From the NCBI RefSeq assembly GCF_000017845.1, contig NC_010546.1, positions 2,010,001-2,042,000 on the forward strand: DNA of 32,000 nucleotides. Reading direction: 5' to 3'. The notes under the pieces are model-generated. The model did not search any database, was not told where the DNA came from, and was given only the letters and a program-made list of their open reading frames with translations. Within the stretch, counting starts at the first letter, position 1, and each line of letters begins with the position of its first letter. The DNA comes from Crocosphaera subtropica ATCC 51142. GTDB lineage: Bacteria; Cyanobacteriota; Cyanobacteriia; Cyanobacteriales; Microcystaceae. Shown here in pieces: positions 1 to 8,783 of the stretch. A program made the translations under genes and the position numbers.

Positions 1-33
1 TAGCTAAAACTATTTAGTGAACACACCTAGCTT

Positions 34-94
34 GGTGGGTTACGATTGATAGTCAAATGCTTGTGATGATTTAACCCACAGCCATCTAACCCAC
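34..94. repeat. Palindrome-ended dispersed element, copy 1 (GGTGGGTTACGA ... ATCTAACCCAC)
   Basis: The termini GGTGGGTTA (34-42) and TAACCCAC (87-94) are inverted repeats. A second copy with the same ends and the same length of about 61 nt lies at 24899-24960. This copy sits directly 3' of the minus-strand tRNA-Ala. Confidence 0.6.
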
Positions 95-113
95 TTTACA
101 GTTGAAGAGAAAA

Positions 114-186
114 TGGAGAATAGCGGACTTGAACCGCTGACATCCTGCTTGCAAAGCAGGCGCTCTACCAACTGAGCTAATTCCCC
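114..186 (-). tRNA. trnA: tRNA-Ala (anticodon UGC), 73 nt, CCA not encoded
   Basis: The reverse complement folds by hand into a cloverleaf: acceptor GGGGAAT/ATTCTCC, D arm GCTC-AGTTGGTA-GAGC, anticodon arm CCTGC-TTTGCAA-GCAGG and T arm AGCGG-TTCAAGT-CCGCT. The G3:U70 pair, the alanine identity element, is present. Confidence 0.93.
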
Positions 187-296
187 AGGCTGAGTAACCG
201 ACATTTTTTTGTGTCGATATTTTACTCACTCTTACAATTATATACAGACTTATCTAAAATAAGCAAGGGGTGAATCACAAAAATTTTCTTCAGACC

Positions 297-317
297 CCGA
301 ACTCCGAACTCAGAACT
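297..317 (+). repeat. STRR-like heptamer tandem repeat (CCGAACT CCGAACT CAGAACT)
   Basis: Three consecutive 7-nt units end 6 nt before the ATG at 324. Confidence 0.7.
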
Positions 318-323
318 TTCAAA

Positions 324-1211
324 ATGCTTTACACTGTCGCTACTTTCTACAAATTTATTCCTTTTCCCGACTGTGCTGAAAAACAAGCCAGAATCTTGAA
401 ATATTGTCAAGGTCATGCTGTCAAAGGCACTATACTATTGTCCTACGAAGGTATTAACGGAACGATCGCAGGAACCACCGATAATATTGAAGCAGTGATC
501 AACTATTTAAGCAAAGATGAACGTTTAGCTGACTTAGAGGTTAAATACTCCACTGCATCTGATCTTCCTTTTGAACGCCTAAAAGTACGCCTAAAAAAAG
601 AAATTGTTACCCTAGGAATGCCAGAAGTTAACCCTAATGAACAAGTAGGAACCTATGTTACGCCTGAACAATGGAATGACTTAATTAAGGATAAAGAAAC
701 CATTGTTATTGATACGAGAAATAATTATGAAGTGGATATCGGAACCTTTAAAGGTGCAATTAATCCTCACACTGAATCTTTTCGAGAATTTCCTGAGTAT
801 GTACAAGAAAATTTAGATCCCAAAAAGCACAAAAAAATAGCAATGTTTTGCACGGGTGGAATACGATGTGAAAAAGCAAGTTCTTTTTTATTGCAACAAG
901 GATTTTCCGAAGTTTATCATCTCAAAGGGGGCATTTTAAAATATTTAGAAGAAGTTCCAGAGAAACAAAGCTTATGGCAAGGAGAATGTTTCGTTTTTGA
1001 TGAACGAGTCGCCGTTAAACATCAGTTAGAAATAGGCAGTTATGAAATGTGTTTAGGGTGTGGTCATCCCATTTCAGACAAGGACAAAACATCGGATAAA
1101 TATGAACAAGGGGTTTCTTGTCCCCATTGCTATGATAGTTTAACCCCTGAAAAAATAGCTAAACAAAGAGAGAAAAAAAGACAATTATTACAAAAAAAAG
1201 AAACAGTATGA
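324..1211 (+). CDS. trhO: Rhodanese-domain tRNA uridine(34) hydroxylase (TrhO/YceA, UPF0176 family)
   Basis: The N-terminus MLYTVATFYKF matches UPF0176. A rhodanese active-site loop CTGGIRCEK is present, and the C-terminus has a Cys-rich CxxC...CxxC tail. I prefer the ATG at 324 over the GTG at 270 because the heptamer repeat fills the extension. Confidence 0.85.
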   Translation: MLYTVATFYKFIPFPDCAEKQARILKYCQGHAVKGTILLSYEGINGTIAGTTDNIEAVINYLSKDERLADLEVKYSTASDLPFERLKVRLKKEIVTLGMPEVNPNEQVGTYVTPEQWNDLIKDKETIVIDTRNNYEVDIGTFKGAINPHTESFREFPEYVQENLDPKKHKKIAMFCTGGIRCEKASSFLLQQGFSEVYHLKGGILKYLEEVPEKQSLWQGECFVFDERVAVKHQLEIGSYEMCLGCGHPISDKDKTSDKYEQGVSCPHCYDSLTPEKIAKQREKKRQLLQKKETV

Positions 1212-2341
1212 CTCAACCTCAACCTCGCACTGGTTACACTTTACCAGCATTCGCTTGTGCCTCTGCGATCGCCGCTTTAAACCATTTACAAAATAAAGAC
1301 AATAATGGTGCAGTTTCTCTAGATTTAATAGAACCCGATAAAACTGTCAGTATTGCCATTCAACAAGTAGCAAAAATAAATAATCATACTGCTTTAGGAA
1401 TTACCATTAGTGATCCAGGAGATAACTTAGATTTAACTAGAAATACTCCAATCTGGGCAACAGTAGAAGTTAGAGAAAATAGTGATAAAAATGAACAAGA
1501 ACAAATCCTTATCAAAGGAGGGGAAGGTATAGGCAAACAAATCAATAATGATAACAAAGATGCTATTTATTCCTACGCAACTAAACTATTAAAGCACAAC
1601 TTACAACCATATTTAAAGCCAACAGAAGCTATTATCGTTACAATCATCTTACCCGAAGGAAAAAAGTTAGCAAAACGCACATCTAATGAAGCATTTGGAG
1701 TGATTGAAGGACTTTCTTTATTGGGAACTTCTGGAATTTCTCACCCTTTGAGTTCTCCCGATCAATTAAATAGTTATCAACAAGAATTAAGAGAAAAAGC
1801 AAAACAATTTGATACCTTAGTTTTTTGCTTAGGAGAAAATGGCTTAGATTTAGCTAGAAAATTAGGAATCAATTCCCAACAATTAATCAAAACAGCTAAC
1901 TGGTTAGGTCCTTTGTTAGTAACAGCAGCAACGGAAAAAGTTAACTCGATTTTATTATTTGGTTATCATGGAAAACTTATAAAATTAGCAGGAGGAATCT
2001 TCCATACCCATCATCATTTAGCCGATGGAAGACTAGAAATATTAGTGGCGCATGGGGTAAAAATGGGTTTAGATAATGCAATTTTACAACAACTTTTAGA
2101 TTGTGAAACCACAGAAGAGGGATTGCAATTATTGAGGAAAATAGATGCAGAAACAAACAATAATTTTACAGAAAAAATTTATCAATCTCTTGTAGAAACC
2201 ATTGACAAAAGAACAAAGTTATATATTAGAAAATATATAGATTTTGATGTTAACATTGGCTCAATTGTTTTTGGACGCAATCGCAAAATTATTATGGTTA
2301 GTGAAACAGGAAAATTATTACAGAATAAATTAAGAGTTTAA
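1208..2341 (+). CDS. cbiD: Cobalt-precorrin-5B (C1)-methyltransferase CbiD
   Basis: The protein is 377 aa with GYTLPAFACASAIAA near the N-terminus and the overall layout of CbiD. Its start overlaps the trhO stop in ATGA (1208-1211). Confidence 0.85.
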   Translation: MTQPQPRTGYTLPAFACASAIAALNHLQNKDNNGAVSLDLIEPDKTVSIAIQQVAKINNHTALGITISDPGDNLDLTRNTPIWATVEVRENSDKNEQEQILIKGGEGIGKQINNDNKDAIYSYATKLLKHNLQPYLKPTEAIIVTIILPEGKKLAKRTSNEAFGVIEGLSLLGTSGISHPLSSPDQLNSYQQELREKAKQFDTLVFCLGENGLDLARKLGINSQQLIKTANWLGPLLVTAATEKVNSILLFGYHGKLIKLAGGIFHTHHHLADGRLEILVAHGVKMGLDNAILQQLLDCETTEEGLQLLRKIDAETNNNFTEKIYQSLVETIDKRTKLYIRKYIDFDVNIGSIVFGRNRKIIMVSETGKLLQNKLRV

Positions 2342-2348
2342 TAAAGAC

Positions 2349-2795
2349 TTATTCTGAAGGTAAGGTTACTGTATCTAACCAAAAAGATTCAATTCCTTTA
2401 ACCAATTTAAACAAGTCTTTTAAATTACGAGACTTAGTAATATAACAGTTTACATAGAGGTCATAACTTTCTTGGATATCCTCATCATTACTCGATGTTG
2501 TTAACACAATCACAGGAATTCGTTTAAGATTAGGATCGCTTTTAATTTCTGCTAAGACTTCCCTTCCATCCTTGCGGGGTAAATTCAAATCAAGAATAAT
2601 TAAATTAGGTCGGGGAGACTCATTAAACTCCCCTTCTTTTCGCAAGTAGGCCATTGCATCCATCCCATTCCTGACGATCATTAATTGATGGGGAACGGTA
2701 CTGGTTTTTAGCACTTCTTGAACCAGACGAATATCTGCCTTAGAATCTTCTACTAAGAGGATAATCTTATCTTGTTGACCCTCTCTTGCGATCAC
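2349..2795 (-). CDS. rcp1: Single-domain response regulator, Rcp1-type phytochrome partner
   Basis: It aligns along its full length with my recollection of Synechocystis Rcp1 (ILLVEDSKAD, PNLIILDLNLPRKDGREVLAEIK, NCYITKSRNLKDLF, GIESFWL). The start is a GTG at 2795, which lies 29 nt inside the 3' end of cph1. Confidence 0.9.
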   Translation of the reverse strand: MIAREGQQDKIILLVEDSKADIRLVQEVLKTSTVPHQLMIVRNGMDAMAYLRKEGEFNESPRPNLIILDLNLPRKDGREVLAEIKSDPNLKRIPVIVLTTSSNDEDIQESYDLYVNCYITKSRNLKDLFKLVKGIESFWLDTVTLPSE

Positions 2796-5049
2796 GTTGT
2801 TTACCTCCTACTGGTATGGTGAAATAGAATGTTGCACCTTGACCTAATTGTGACTCTACCCAAATTTTACCCCGATGACACTCCATTATTTTCTTACAAA
2901 TAGCCAAACCCATTCCGGTTCCGGGATATTCGTCACGGGTGTGTAACCGTTGGAAGATAATAAAGATGCGATCGCTAAACCGTGGATCGATCCCCATCCC
3001 GTTATCTTGAACAGAAAACAACCACTCATCTTCTAACCGTTGCGCTTGAATATGAATTTCTGGGGTTACTTCTTTGCGGAATTTAATCGCATTAGACAGC
3101 AAATTAAGGAACAATTGTATTAATTGTGTCCCATCGGCCATGACCGTTGGTAAAGGATCATGGGTAATAATAGCATTGGTTTCTGCAATGCGTCCCCGTA
3201 GATTAGCGATCGCTTTTTCTAGTGCAGTTTCAGACTCTGTGAGTTGAAACTCGATGTCTCGCATATCCACCTTAGAATAGGCTAACACATCATCTATCAG
3301 AGTTTGCATCAAGCTGACCCCTTCTACAGCAAAATTGATAAATTCTTTGGCATCTTCATCTAATGCTTCATCGTAGCGCATTTCTAACAGTTGCACATAG
3401 TTGGAGACTTGGTTCAAGGGTTCTTGTAAGTCATGGGATGCTACATAAGCAAATTTCTTCAATTCTGCGTTAGAAAGTTCCAAATCATGGGCTAATTGGG
3501 CTAATTCGTCGGCTTGTCGGAGAATAATGTTAACAATCGCTTCTTTTAATCCTAATGCTGCTTTAATTTCTACCGGTTTCCAGGATAAAGAAGTTAACCG
3601 GACGGTTTCTTTCCACAATTCAAAGGATTTTCGGGGACATAACTTCAAATTTCCGTCAATATTTTCCATTTCGTAAGCTTTCGACGGATCTCCTCCCCAA
3701 TTAACCGTTTGTATCACTTCAGGACGGAACCATAAGATATAATTACGGTGAGAAATTTTAATAGCTAATAACCCACTGCCCACATCTTTGAAGTTCCGTG
3801 CATCTGCGTATAAATTAGGCAAAGATGGGGTAGAAAAGACTTCCTCATTAATTTCTTTCTTTAGCCATTGTAGTAAATATTTAACCTCTTCATTTTTAGG
3901 GGTTTTTCCTATTAAAGAATAGTCATCTCCGACACAAACCGCTACCCCTTGGGAACTGGTTAATTCTAGCAACTTTTGATCACTTTTAATTAACCCTTCT
4001 ATGAAAGTATCAGCTTGAGTCATGGACTCTACTAACCTTCCTTGAATAGCGGTTAATTTCATGCGGTAATCATAGTCTTTTGTTTCTTCTTTGGCCGAAA
4101 TTTCAGCAAAAACAACTTGTCCCAAAAATTCGCAAGCTTTTCTCAATTCGTAGGGTACATATTTCGGGGTTAAATGGTGACAAGCAATTATTCCCCATAA
4201 TTTTCCTTCGTCTATTAATGAGATGGTTAAAGATGCACCTACTCCCATATTATGGAGATATTCGAGATGACAAGGGGAGGCACTTCTTAGGATAGAATGG
4301 GTTAAATCTAAGGCTGTATCATTGAGAGGATGTAACTTTGGAAATAAATCTACTCCAGTTGCTTTTGCGTCGGGAATTAAACGGATATAGTTAGAACTAA
4401 ATAGTCTTCTTGCAGGTAAGGGAATATCAGAAGCAGGATAATGCAAACCTAAATAGGGGTCTAATTGTTCTAGTTTATCCTCTGCTATCACTTCCCCATG
4501 ATCATCTTCATCAAATTTATATAACATGACTCGATCAAACCCAGTCATTTTACGAACTTCTTTAACAATAATTTGACAAAAATCTGTTAAGTTCGCATTA
4601 GTTTGTAACTGGGTGATTGATGCTTTTGCTAAGTGATAAAAACTCAGAAAAGGGATGTTTTCTTGAGAAATGGCTGGTTCTAACTCTAAAATCAAAAATC
4701 CTTCGACATTACGATGAAAAATTCCATCAAAAATGACATAATTATCTCCATCAACCCTTGCCCAAAGTTTGGTAGGATTAATAAAATCTAGGTTATTACT
4801 TTCTAATCCTGTTTTCAACTGTTCAATTTGGAAACTATCAAAAATATCATCTAAAGTTAGCTTAATAATTTCTTTTGGCGTAATGCCAAAAAATTGTTTT
4901 GTATTGCTACTAGTTTGCAAAATTTCGAGATTGGACTCATCAATAACAAATAAGACTCCATGAGGTTGAATTTTACCCCATAAATGAATCTGTAATTCTT
5001 CTAATCTTTGCAGATTAATGTCTTGACTGGTTTTAACATTACTAATCAT
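2767..5049 (-). CDS. cph1: Cyanobacterial phytochrome Cph1-type sensor histidine kinase (PAS-GAF-PHY-HisKA-HATPase)
   Basis: The protein is 760 aa and collinear with Cph1. The GAF chromophore cysteine is conserved in LRSASPCHLEYLHNMGVGASLTISLI. The H-box FAYVASHDLQEPLN and the G-boxes DNGMGID and GTGMGLAICKK are present. There is no N-terminal Cys, which is consistent with phycocyanobilin attachment in the GAF domain. Confidence 0.93.
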   Translation of the reverse strand: MISNVKTSQDINLQRLEELQIHLWGKIQPHGVLFVIDESNLEILQTSSNTKQFFGITPKEIIKLTLDDIFDSFQIEQLKTGLESNNLDFINPTKLWARVDGDNYVIFDGIFHRNVEGFLILELEPAISQENIPFLSFYHLAKASITQLQTNANLTDFCQIIVKEVRKMTGFDRVMLYKFDEDDHGEVIAEDKLEQLDPYLGLHYPASDIPLPARRLFSSNYIRLIPDAKATGVDLFPKLHPLNDTALDLTHSILRSASPCHLEYLHNMGVGASLTISLIDEGKLWGIIACHHLTPKYVPYELRKACEFLGQVVFAEISAKEETKDYDYRMKLTAIQGRLVESMTQADTFIEGLIKSDQKLLELTSSQGVAVCVGDDYSLIGKTPKNEEVKYLLQWLKKEINEEVFSTPSLPNLYADARNFKDVGSGLLAIKISHRNYILWFRPEVIQTVNWGGDPSKAYEMENIDGNLKLCPRKSFELWKETVRLTSLSWKPVEIKAALGLKEAIVNIILRQADELAQLAHDLELSNAELKKFAYVASHDLQEPLNQVSNYVQLLEMRYDEALDEDAKEFINFAVEGVSLMQTLIDDVLAYSKVDMRDIEFQLTESETALEKAIANLRGRIAETNAIITHDPLPTVMADGTQLIQLFLNLLSNAIKFRKEVTPEIHIQAQRLEDEWLFSVQDNGMGIDPRFSDRIFIIFQRLHTRDEYPGTGMGLAICKKIMECHRGKIWVESQLGQGATFYFTIPVGGKQRDRKRGSTR

Positions 5050-5315
5050 AAAGTTTTCCTCAATTTACTAGGTGAATTACTTAATTATTGTTGATCTAAC
5101 GCAGATAAATTACCTATATAAACTTCTTGAAGTGGTATAATTTTCAATGGATTTACTTCCACTAAAATAGTGTATCAGTTTACTCAGAATTAAATTTAGT
5201 ATAACGCAAGATTGATATTATCGAGGTGATAAAGGGTTAAGAATTAAGATGAAATGTAAAGATAAAATCTTAATATTTTTATTATAATTTGCTCACTTTA
5301 TTCATCAAAATTATG

Positions 5316-6041
5316 TTAGGTTTCATCAGGATTAATCCCTAATTGTCTTAATCTTTCTTGTAATTGTTCAATTTTTTGCAACGCTAACTCTTTTTGTTGT
5401 CTTTCTTGAATCAGTTTATTTTCAGCTTGACTCGCTGCTTCTTCAGGACTAGGGACTAATTCTCCTTCTGATGTAAAGTATCTTAATTTCTCTTCATAAA
5501 TCCCTAAATATAGTTGTAACTGTTCACTCCATAACCATCCTTGATCATTGGGTTCAATGGGTTGATATGTTCCACTAATAATAGTAAACCCTTGAAATTC
5601 TAATGTATAGGGATCAAACCAAAAATAATCTGGTGTTCTAAATGTATCTTGATAGATTTGTTTTTTTTCTCCTCTATCTGTTTCTGCGGTACTATCGGAT
5701 AAAATCTCAATAATTACATTAGGATATTTACCGTCTTCTTCCCATACTACCCAACTTTTTCGGTTCGGGTTTCTGGGGGTTCCTAACACGACAAAAAAGT
5801 CGGGTCCTCTAAAGAATTCTGATGTTTTCTGTTTAGGACTATAATATATAGTGAGGTTTCCTGCTGCAAAATAATCCTCTCTATCTTGCCACAACCATTC
5901 CAAAGATTTCAGCAATAAGATAATTTGAGTTAGATGCAAATAGGTTTCCAAAGGGGGTTCATCACTCCAAAAATCTCCTTGAGGAAAAATTATCTCATGG
6001 TTTTGTTCTGTTTGTTGAGATAGGTTTGAAGTGGTAATCAT
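5316..6041 (-). CDS. Uma2 (DUF820) family putative endonuclease with a C-terminal coiled-coil tail
   Basis: It carries motifs typical of Uma2: PDFFVVLG, VVWEEDGKYPNVIIEILSDSTAETDRGEKKQIYQ and PDYFWFDP. Its ATG at 6041 directly abuts the upstream TAA at 6042-6044. Confidence 0.8.
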   Translation of the reverse strand: MITTSNLSQQTEQNHEIIFPQGDFWSDEPPLETYLHLTQIILLLKSLEWLWQDREDYFAAGNLTIYYSPKQKTSEFFRGPDFFVVLGTPRNPNRKSWVVWEEDGKYPNVIIEILSDSTAETDRGEKKQIYQDTFRTPDYFWFDPYTLEFQGFTIISGTYQPIEPNDQGWLWSEQLQLYLGIYEEKLRYFTSEGELVPSPEEAASQAENKLIQERQQKELALQKIEQLQERLRQLGINPDET

Positions 6042-6563
6042 TTAGAATAAATCTTTTGGCTTCCTATTACTGTCTATTTTAGCGCAAGTTTGATTAATAA
6101 TTGTTTGTACAATTTCCTCAACGGATAAATTAACATCAATAGTCATTGCATTTTCTGGTTCTTCTAATATTTGAAATTGAGACATTAACATATTTTCTTT
6201 CATGAAATGTTCTGATCGGTGTTGTAACCTTTTCAAAAAGGTTTCGTAACTGCCTTTTAAATAAATCCAGATTATATCTGTGGTGTTTTGTTCTAATAAA
6301 TCTCGGTAAGCTTGTTTTAAAGCAGAACAAGTAATGACAGCATTTTTATCTTCTTTTTGATTTTCATTAATGACCGATTTTATTGCCAGTAACCAAGGTA
6401 AGCGATCGCTATCATTTAAGGGTATTCCTTGACTCATTTTAGCAATATTTTCTGGAGGGTGAAAATCATCAGCGTCATAGAAAGCATAGCCTAATTGTTG
6501 ATTTAATGCTGTACCTATGGTTGTCTTTCCTGATCCTGATACTCCTATAATTAAATAAATCAT
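6042..6563 (-). CDS. gntK: Gluconokinase (GntK family P-loop kinase)
   Basis: The GVSGSGKTT P-loop, DADDFHPPENIAKMSQGIPLNDSDRLPWL, CSALKQAYRDLL and IYLKG are collinear with E. coli GntK. I prefer the ATG at 6563. The ORF track starts at an in-frame GTG at 6596. Confidence 0.85.
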   Translation of the reverse strand: MIYLIIGVSGSGKTTIGTALNQQLGYAFYDADDFHPPENIAKMSQGIPLNDSDRLPWLLAIKSVINENQKEDKNAVITCSALKQAYRDLLEQNTTDIIWIYLKGSYETFLKRLQHRSEHFMKENMLMSQFQILEEPENAMTIDVNLSVEEIVQTIINQTCAKIDSNRKPKDLF

Positions 6564-6579
6564 TGATAATAAATCGTTA

Positions 6580-7482
6580 CTAATATCGATATTCACCAGT
6601 TAATTTCCGAGTTACTTTCCACCAGAAACGATTCCAAGGTCTTCTATATAAATACGGACGACTGGCTAAAGATTTTCTAATTTTAAAATCAAAATTATTA
6701 ATATTATAAACCTTTTTCAAGTCTTCTATGGTAAAGTTTATCGGTGTTTTGTCAACGGTTTCTTTAAAAATATCAATATTATTTTGAATCACATCATCTT
6801 TTGTTTTTAGAATCGATGATTTATCTTTAACATGGCGATTAAATAAAAAGGTTGCTTCTGTTGGTTCACAATGTTGCGCTTTCTTAAATTTACTATGGCC
6901 ACCACTACGAAGATTAAGCAATCTAATATCATAAAAAGCCATTTGTTTTAAAGGAAAGGTTTGATGACACACCCATTGAAGATACCAGTCTGTCCGATGG
7001 GCCCCATGATAAATAGCAGGAAACATCACGTCAGCAAAACTTTTTGAAACAATTTGAGACTCTGCGTCGTATCCTGCAATGGGAAAACATTTACGACGGT
7101 TTAATTCTTCATCTGTCCTATTGAGGGGGATAAAACACCATGATTTATGATCATAAAAAGTTCCTGCAACGGGATTATATTCTTCTAAAAGTTCTTTGAT
7201 TTTTTTAGGAATATCAACTCCCTCATCAGCTTGGAAAAGAACATCATCATCAATAAAAATATAATAATCATAATCTTTGGGAACTTTTTCATATAATAAA
7301 CTTCTTCCTTCACTCCAAGTGACTCCTTTTTCATGAATAAAAGCGTTAGGATCGTCGGGAGTATCCCAGTTAAGACGATAGAAATCACTAAACTCTGTTG
7401 TGAACATTTCTCTTTTTTCTATGGTACAAGGTTCATTAACTATCTTTCCTTGTTCTAGAATACAAAAACTTTTTTTAGCCAT
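6580..7482 (-). CDS. Hypothetical protein, possibly a DxD-motif nucleotide-sugar transferase-like enzyme
   Basis: This is a 300-aa ORF in very AT-rich DNA. It contains a YYIFIDDDV (DxD-like) motif preceded by SEGRSLLYEKV. I do not recognise the family. Confidence 0.55.
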   Translation of the reverse strand: MAKKSFCILEQGKIVNEPCTIEKREMFTTEFSDFYRLNWDTPDDPNAFIHEKGVTWSEGRSLLYEKVPKDYDYYIFIDDDVLFQADEGVDIPKKIKELLEEYNPVAGTFYDHKSWCFIPLNRTDEELNRRKCFPIAGYDAESQIVSKSFADVMFPAIYHGAHRTDWYLQWVCHQTFPLKQMAFYDIRLLNLRSGGHSKFKKAQHCEPTEATFLFNRHVKDKSSILKTKDDVIQNNIDIFKETVDKTPINFTIEDLKKVYNINNFDFKIRKSLASRPYLYRRPWNRFWWKVTRKLTGEYRY

Positions 7483-7566
7483 TTTATTGAGTGAATTAGA
7501 ATAAAAATAATGTTAACCTATCCTACATTAGTTAGTTACGATATGCAAGAGAGAAACAAAAATACT

Positions 7567-8148
7567 TTAATTTTTTACTTTAACTTTATGTAATGCCCAA
7601 TTACGGGTTAAAATAGCTCTAGGATGAATCGTTTTATTATTTTTTATTAGATATTTTAGGGAATATTCACAAGTTTTTTGTACCGTTTTATGAAGATTTT
7701 TATAACTGATTTTACGCATTTTTTCTAATTCTGGTGTATTCCCTCTATTGGGTTCTAACGCATCAGCAATAAAGACAATACAACTGAGATCACTCATCTC
7801 AGGATTCCCTAAAGTATGATTACGAATGGCATCTAAAATGTCTTTATCCGTTACACCAAAAGTATCTCTAGCTACGATTGCACTTACGTCTGCGTGCAAT
7901 AGATGGGGATTTGATAGACAGACTGAATCAATTTCATTATATTCTTTTTTTGTCATTTCTAAGAGTTTCGGGGGCGCAAAAAACTTGGCTAAATCATGCA
8001 TTAACCCTGCTTGTGCAGCTTTTTTATGGTCAATTTTATGATGAATCGCTAAGTCTTCACACATCTTTTCAACCCCTATAATGTGTTGTAAACGATGTTC
8101 AGAAACATTGCTTTTTAACCAATCAATAATTTTTTCTCTCATAATCAT
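7567..8148 (-). CDS. yqeK: HD-domain bis(5'-nucleosyl)-tetraphosphatase, YqeK family
   Basis: The HD motif is present (HIIGVEKMCEDLA ... GLMHDLAK ... HADVSA). The length of 193 aa fits YqeK. Confidence 0.8.
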   Translation of the reverse strand: MIMREKIIDWLKSNVSEHRLQHIIGVEKMCEDLAIHHKIDHKKAAQAGLMHDLAKFFAPPKLLEMTKKEYNEIDSVCLSNPHLLHADVSAIVARDTFGVTDKDILDAIRNHTLGNPEMSDLSCIVFIADALEPNRGNTPELEKMRKISYKNLHKTVQKTCEYSLKYLIKNNKTIHPRAILTRNWALHKVKVKN

Positions 8149-8249
8149 TCAGACAATAACAACTATCACAGTTCTCATTGTAAAATACAAATAACCTGAG
8201 TGAAAAGTTATGAGTCAGCTAAAAGCGTTTTCATCTCTTTTATGGAATT

Positions 8250-8783
8250 CTACCTCAATTTTATTGAACGCGGGGAGATTGACTCAAAAAAGTCTCTTAT
8301 CTGTTGGGTTGATTTCAGATGATACACCTTTTTAGTTTTGGTTGCTGCTAAAACATAGTCTCGGTATTTAGGAGTTAAACGTTGATGGCATAACCAAAGA
8401 GTGTAATAACTATTCATAGAACTTTTCCACAAAGGTGTATTTTCTGGCCAACCTTTTGGGGGAACAAATAACCCTGTTATCAACCGTTTTGTTACCCACC
8501 AACCATGAATAAATAAAGGAAGATCAATATAAACCAAAGTATCTGCCTTTTCTAATCGCAACCATACTGTTTCTAAAGAACCAAATCCATCAATCACCCA
8601 TTGATCTTTGCTAATAATTTCTTCATGAGTACGTTTATAGTCTTCATAAGGAATTGGAATTCCTCCAGGTTTATATTGAATTTTATCTAAGACATGAAGG
8701 GGTAAATTTGTCATTTCTGCTAATTGTCTGCTTAAGGTAGATTTCCCCCCACCAGCATTGCCAAATACAGCTATTTTTTTCAT
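8250..8783 (-). CDS. P-loop NTPase, adenylate-kinase-like / FlaR (topology modulation)-like
   Basis: A Walker A motif GNAGGGKSTL is followed by WVIDGFG and ADTLVYIDLP, as in the FlaR/AAA_18-type small kinases. Its ATG overlaps the upstream TGA in ATGA (8780-8783). Confidence 0.7.
   Translation of the reverse strand: MKKIAVFGNAGGGKSTLSRQLAEMTNLPLHVLDKIQYKPGGIPIPYEDYKRTHEEIISKDQWVIDGFGSLETVWLRLEKADTLVYIDLPLFIHGWWVTKRLITGLFVPPKGWPENTPLWKSSMNSYYTLWLCHQRLTPKYRDYVLAATKTKKVYHLKSTQQIRDFFESISPRSIKLR

Noticed and set aside
270-323. An upstream GTG start for trhO, as in the ORF track (MNHKNFLQTPNSELRTFK...).
   Set aside because: The extension is made largely of the heptamer tandem repeat and low-complexity sequence. 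UPF0176 proteins normally begin a few residues before the ATFYKF motif, so the ATG at 324 is more plausible.
1100-1300. A cobalamin riboswitch might be expected in front of cbiD.
   Set aside because: cbiD overlaps trhO by 4 nt, so there is no leader. I also saw no B12-box-like sequence upstream of trhO.
6564-6596. A GTG at 6596 as the gntK start, giving a 17-nt overlap with the upstream ORF.
   Set aside because: The ATG at 6563 lies 2 residues before the IYLIIGVSGSGKT P-loop strand, which is the usual GntK layout. I kept the GTG as an alternative because neither start has a clear RBS.
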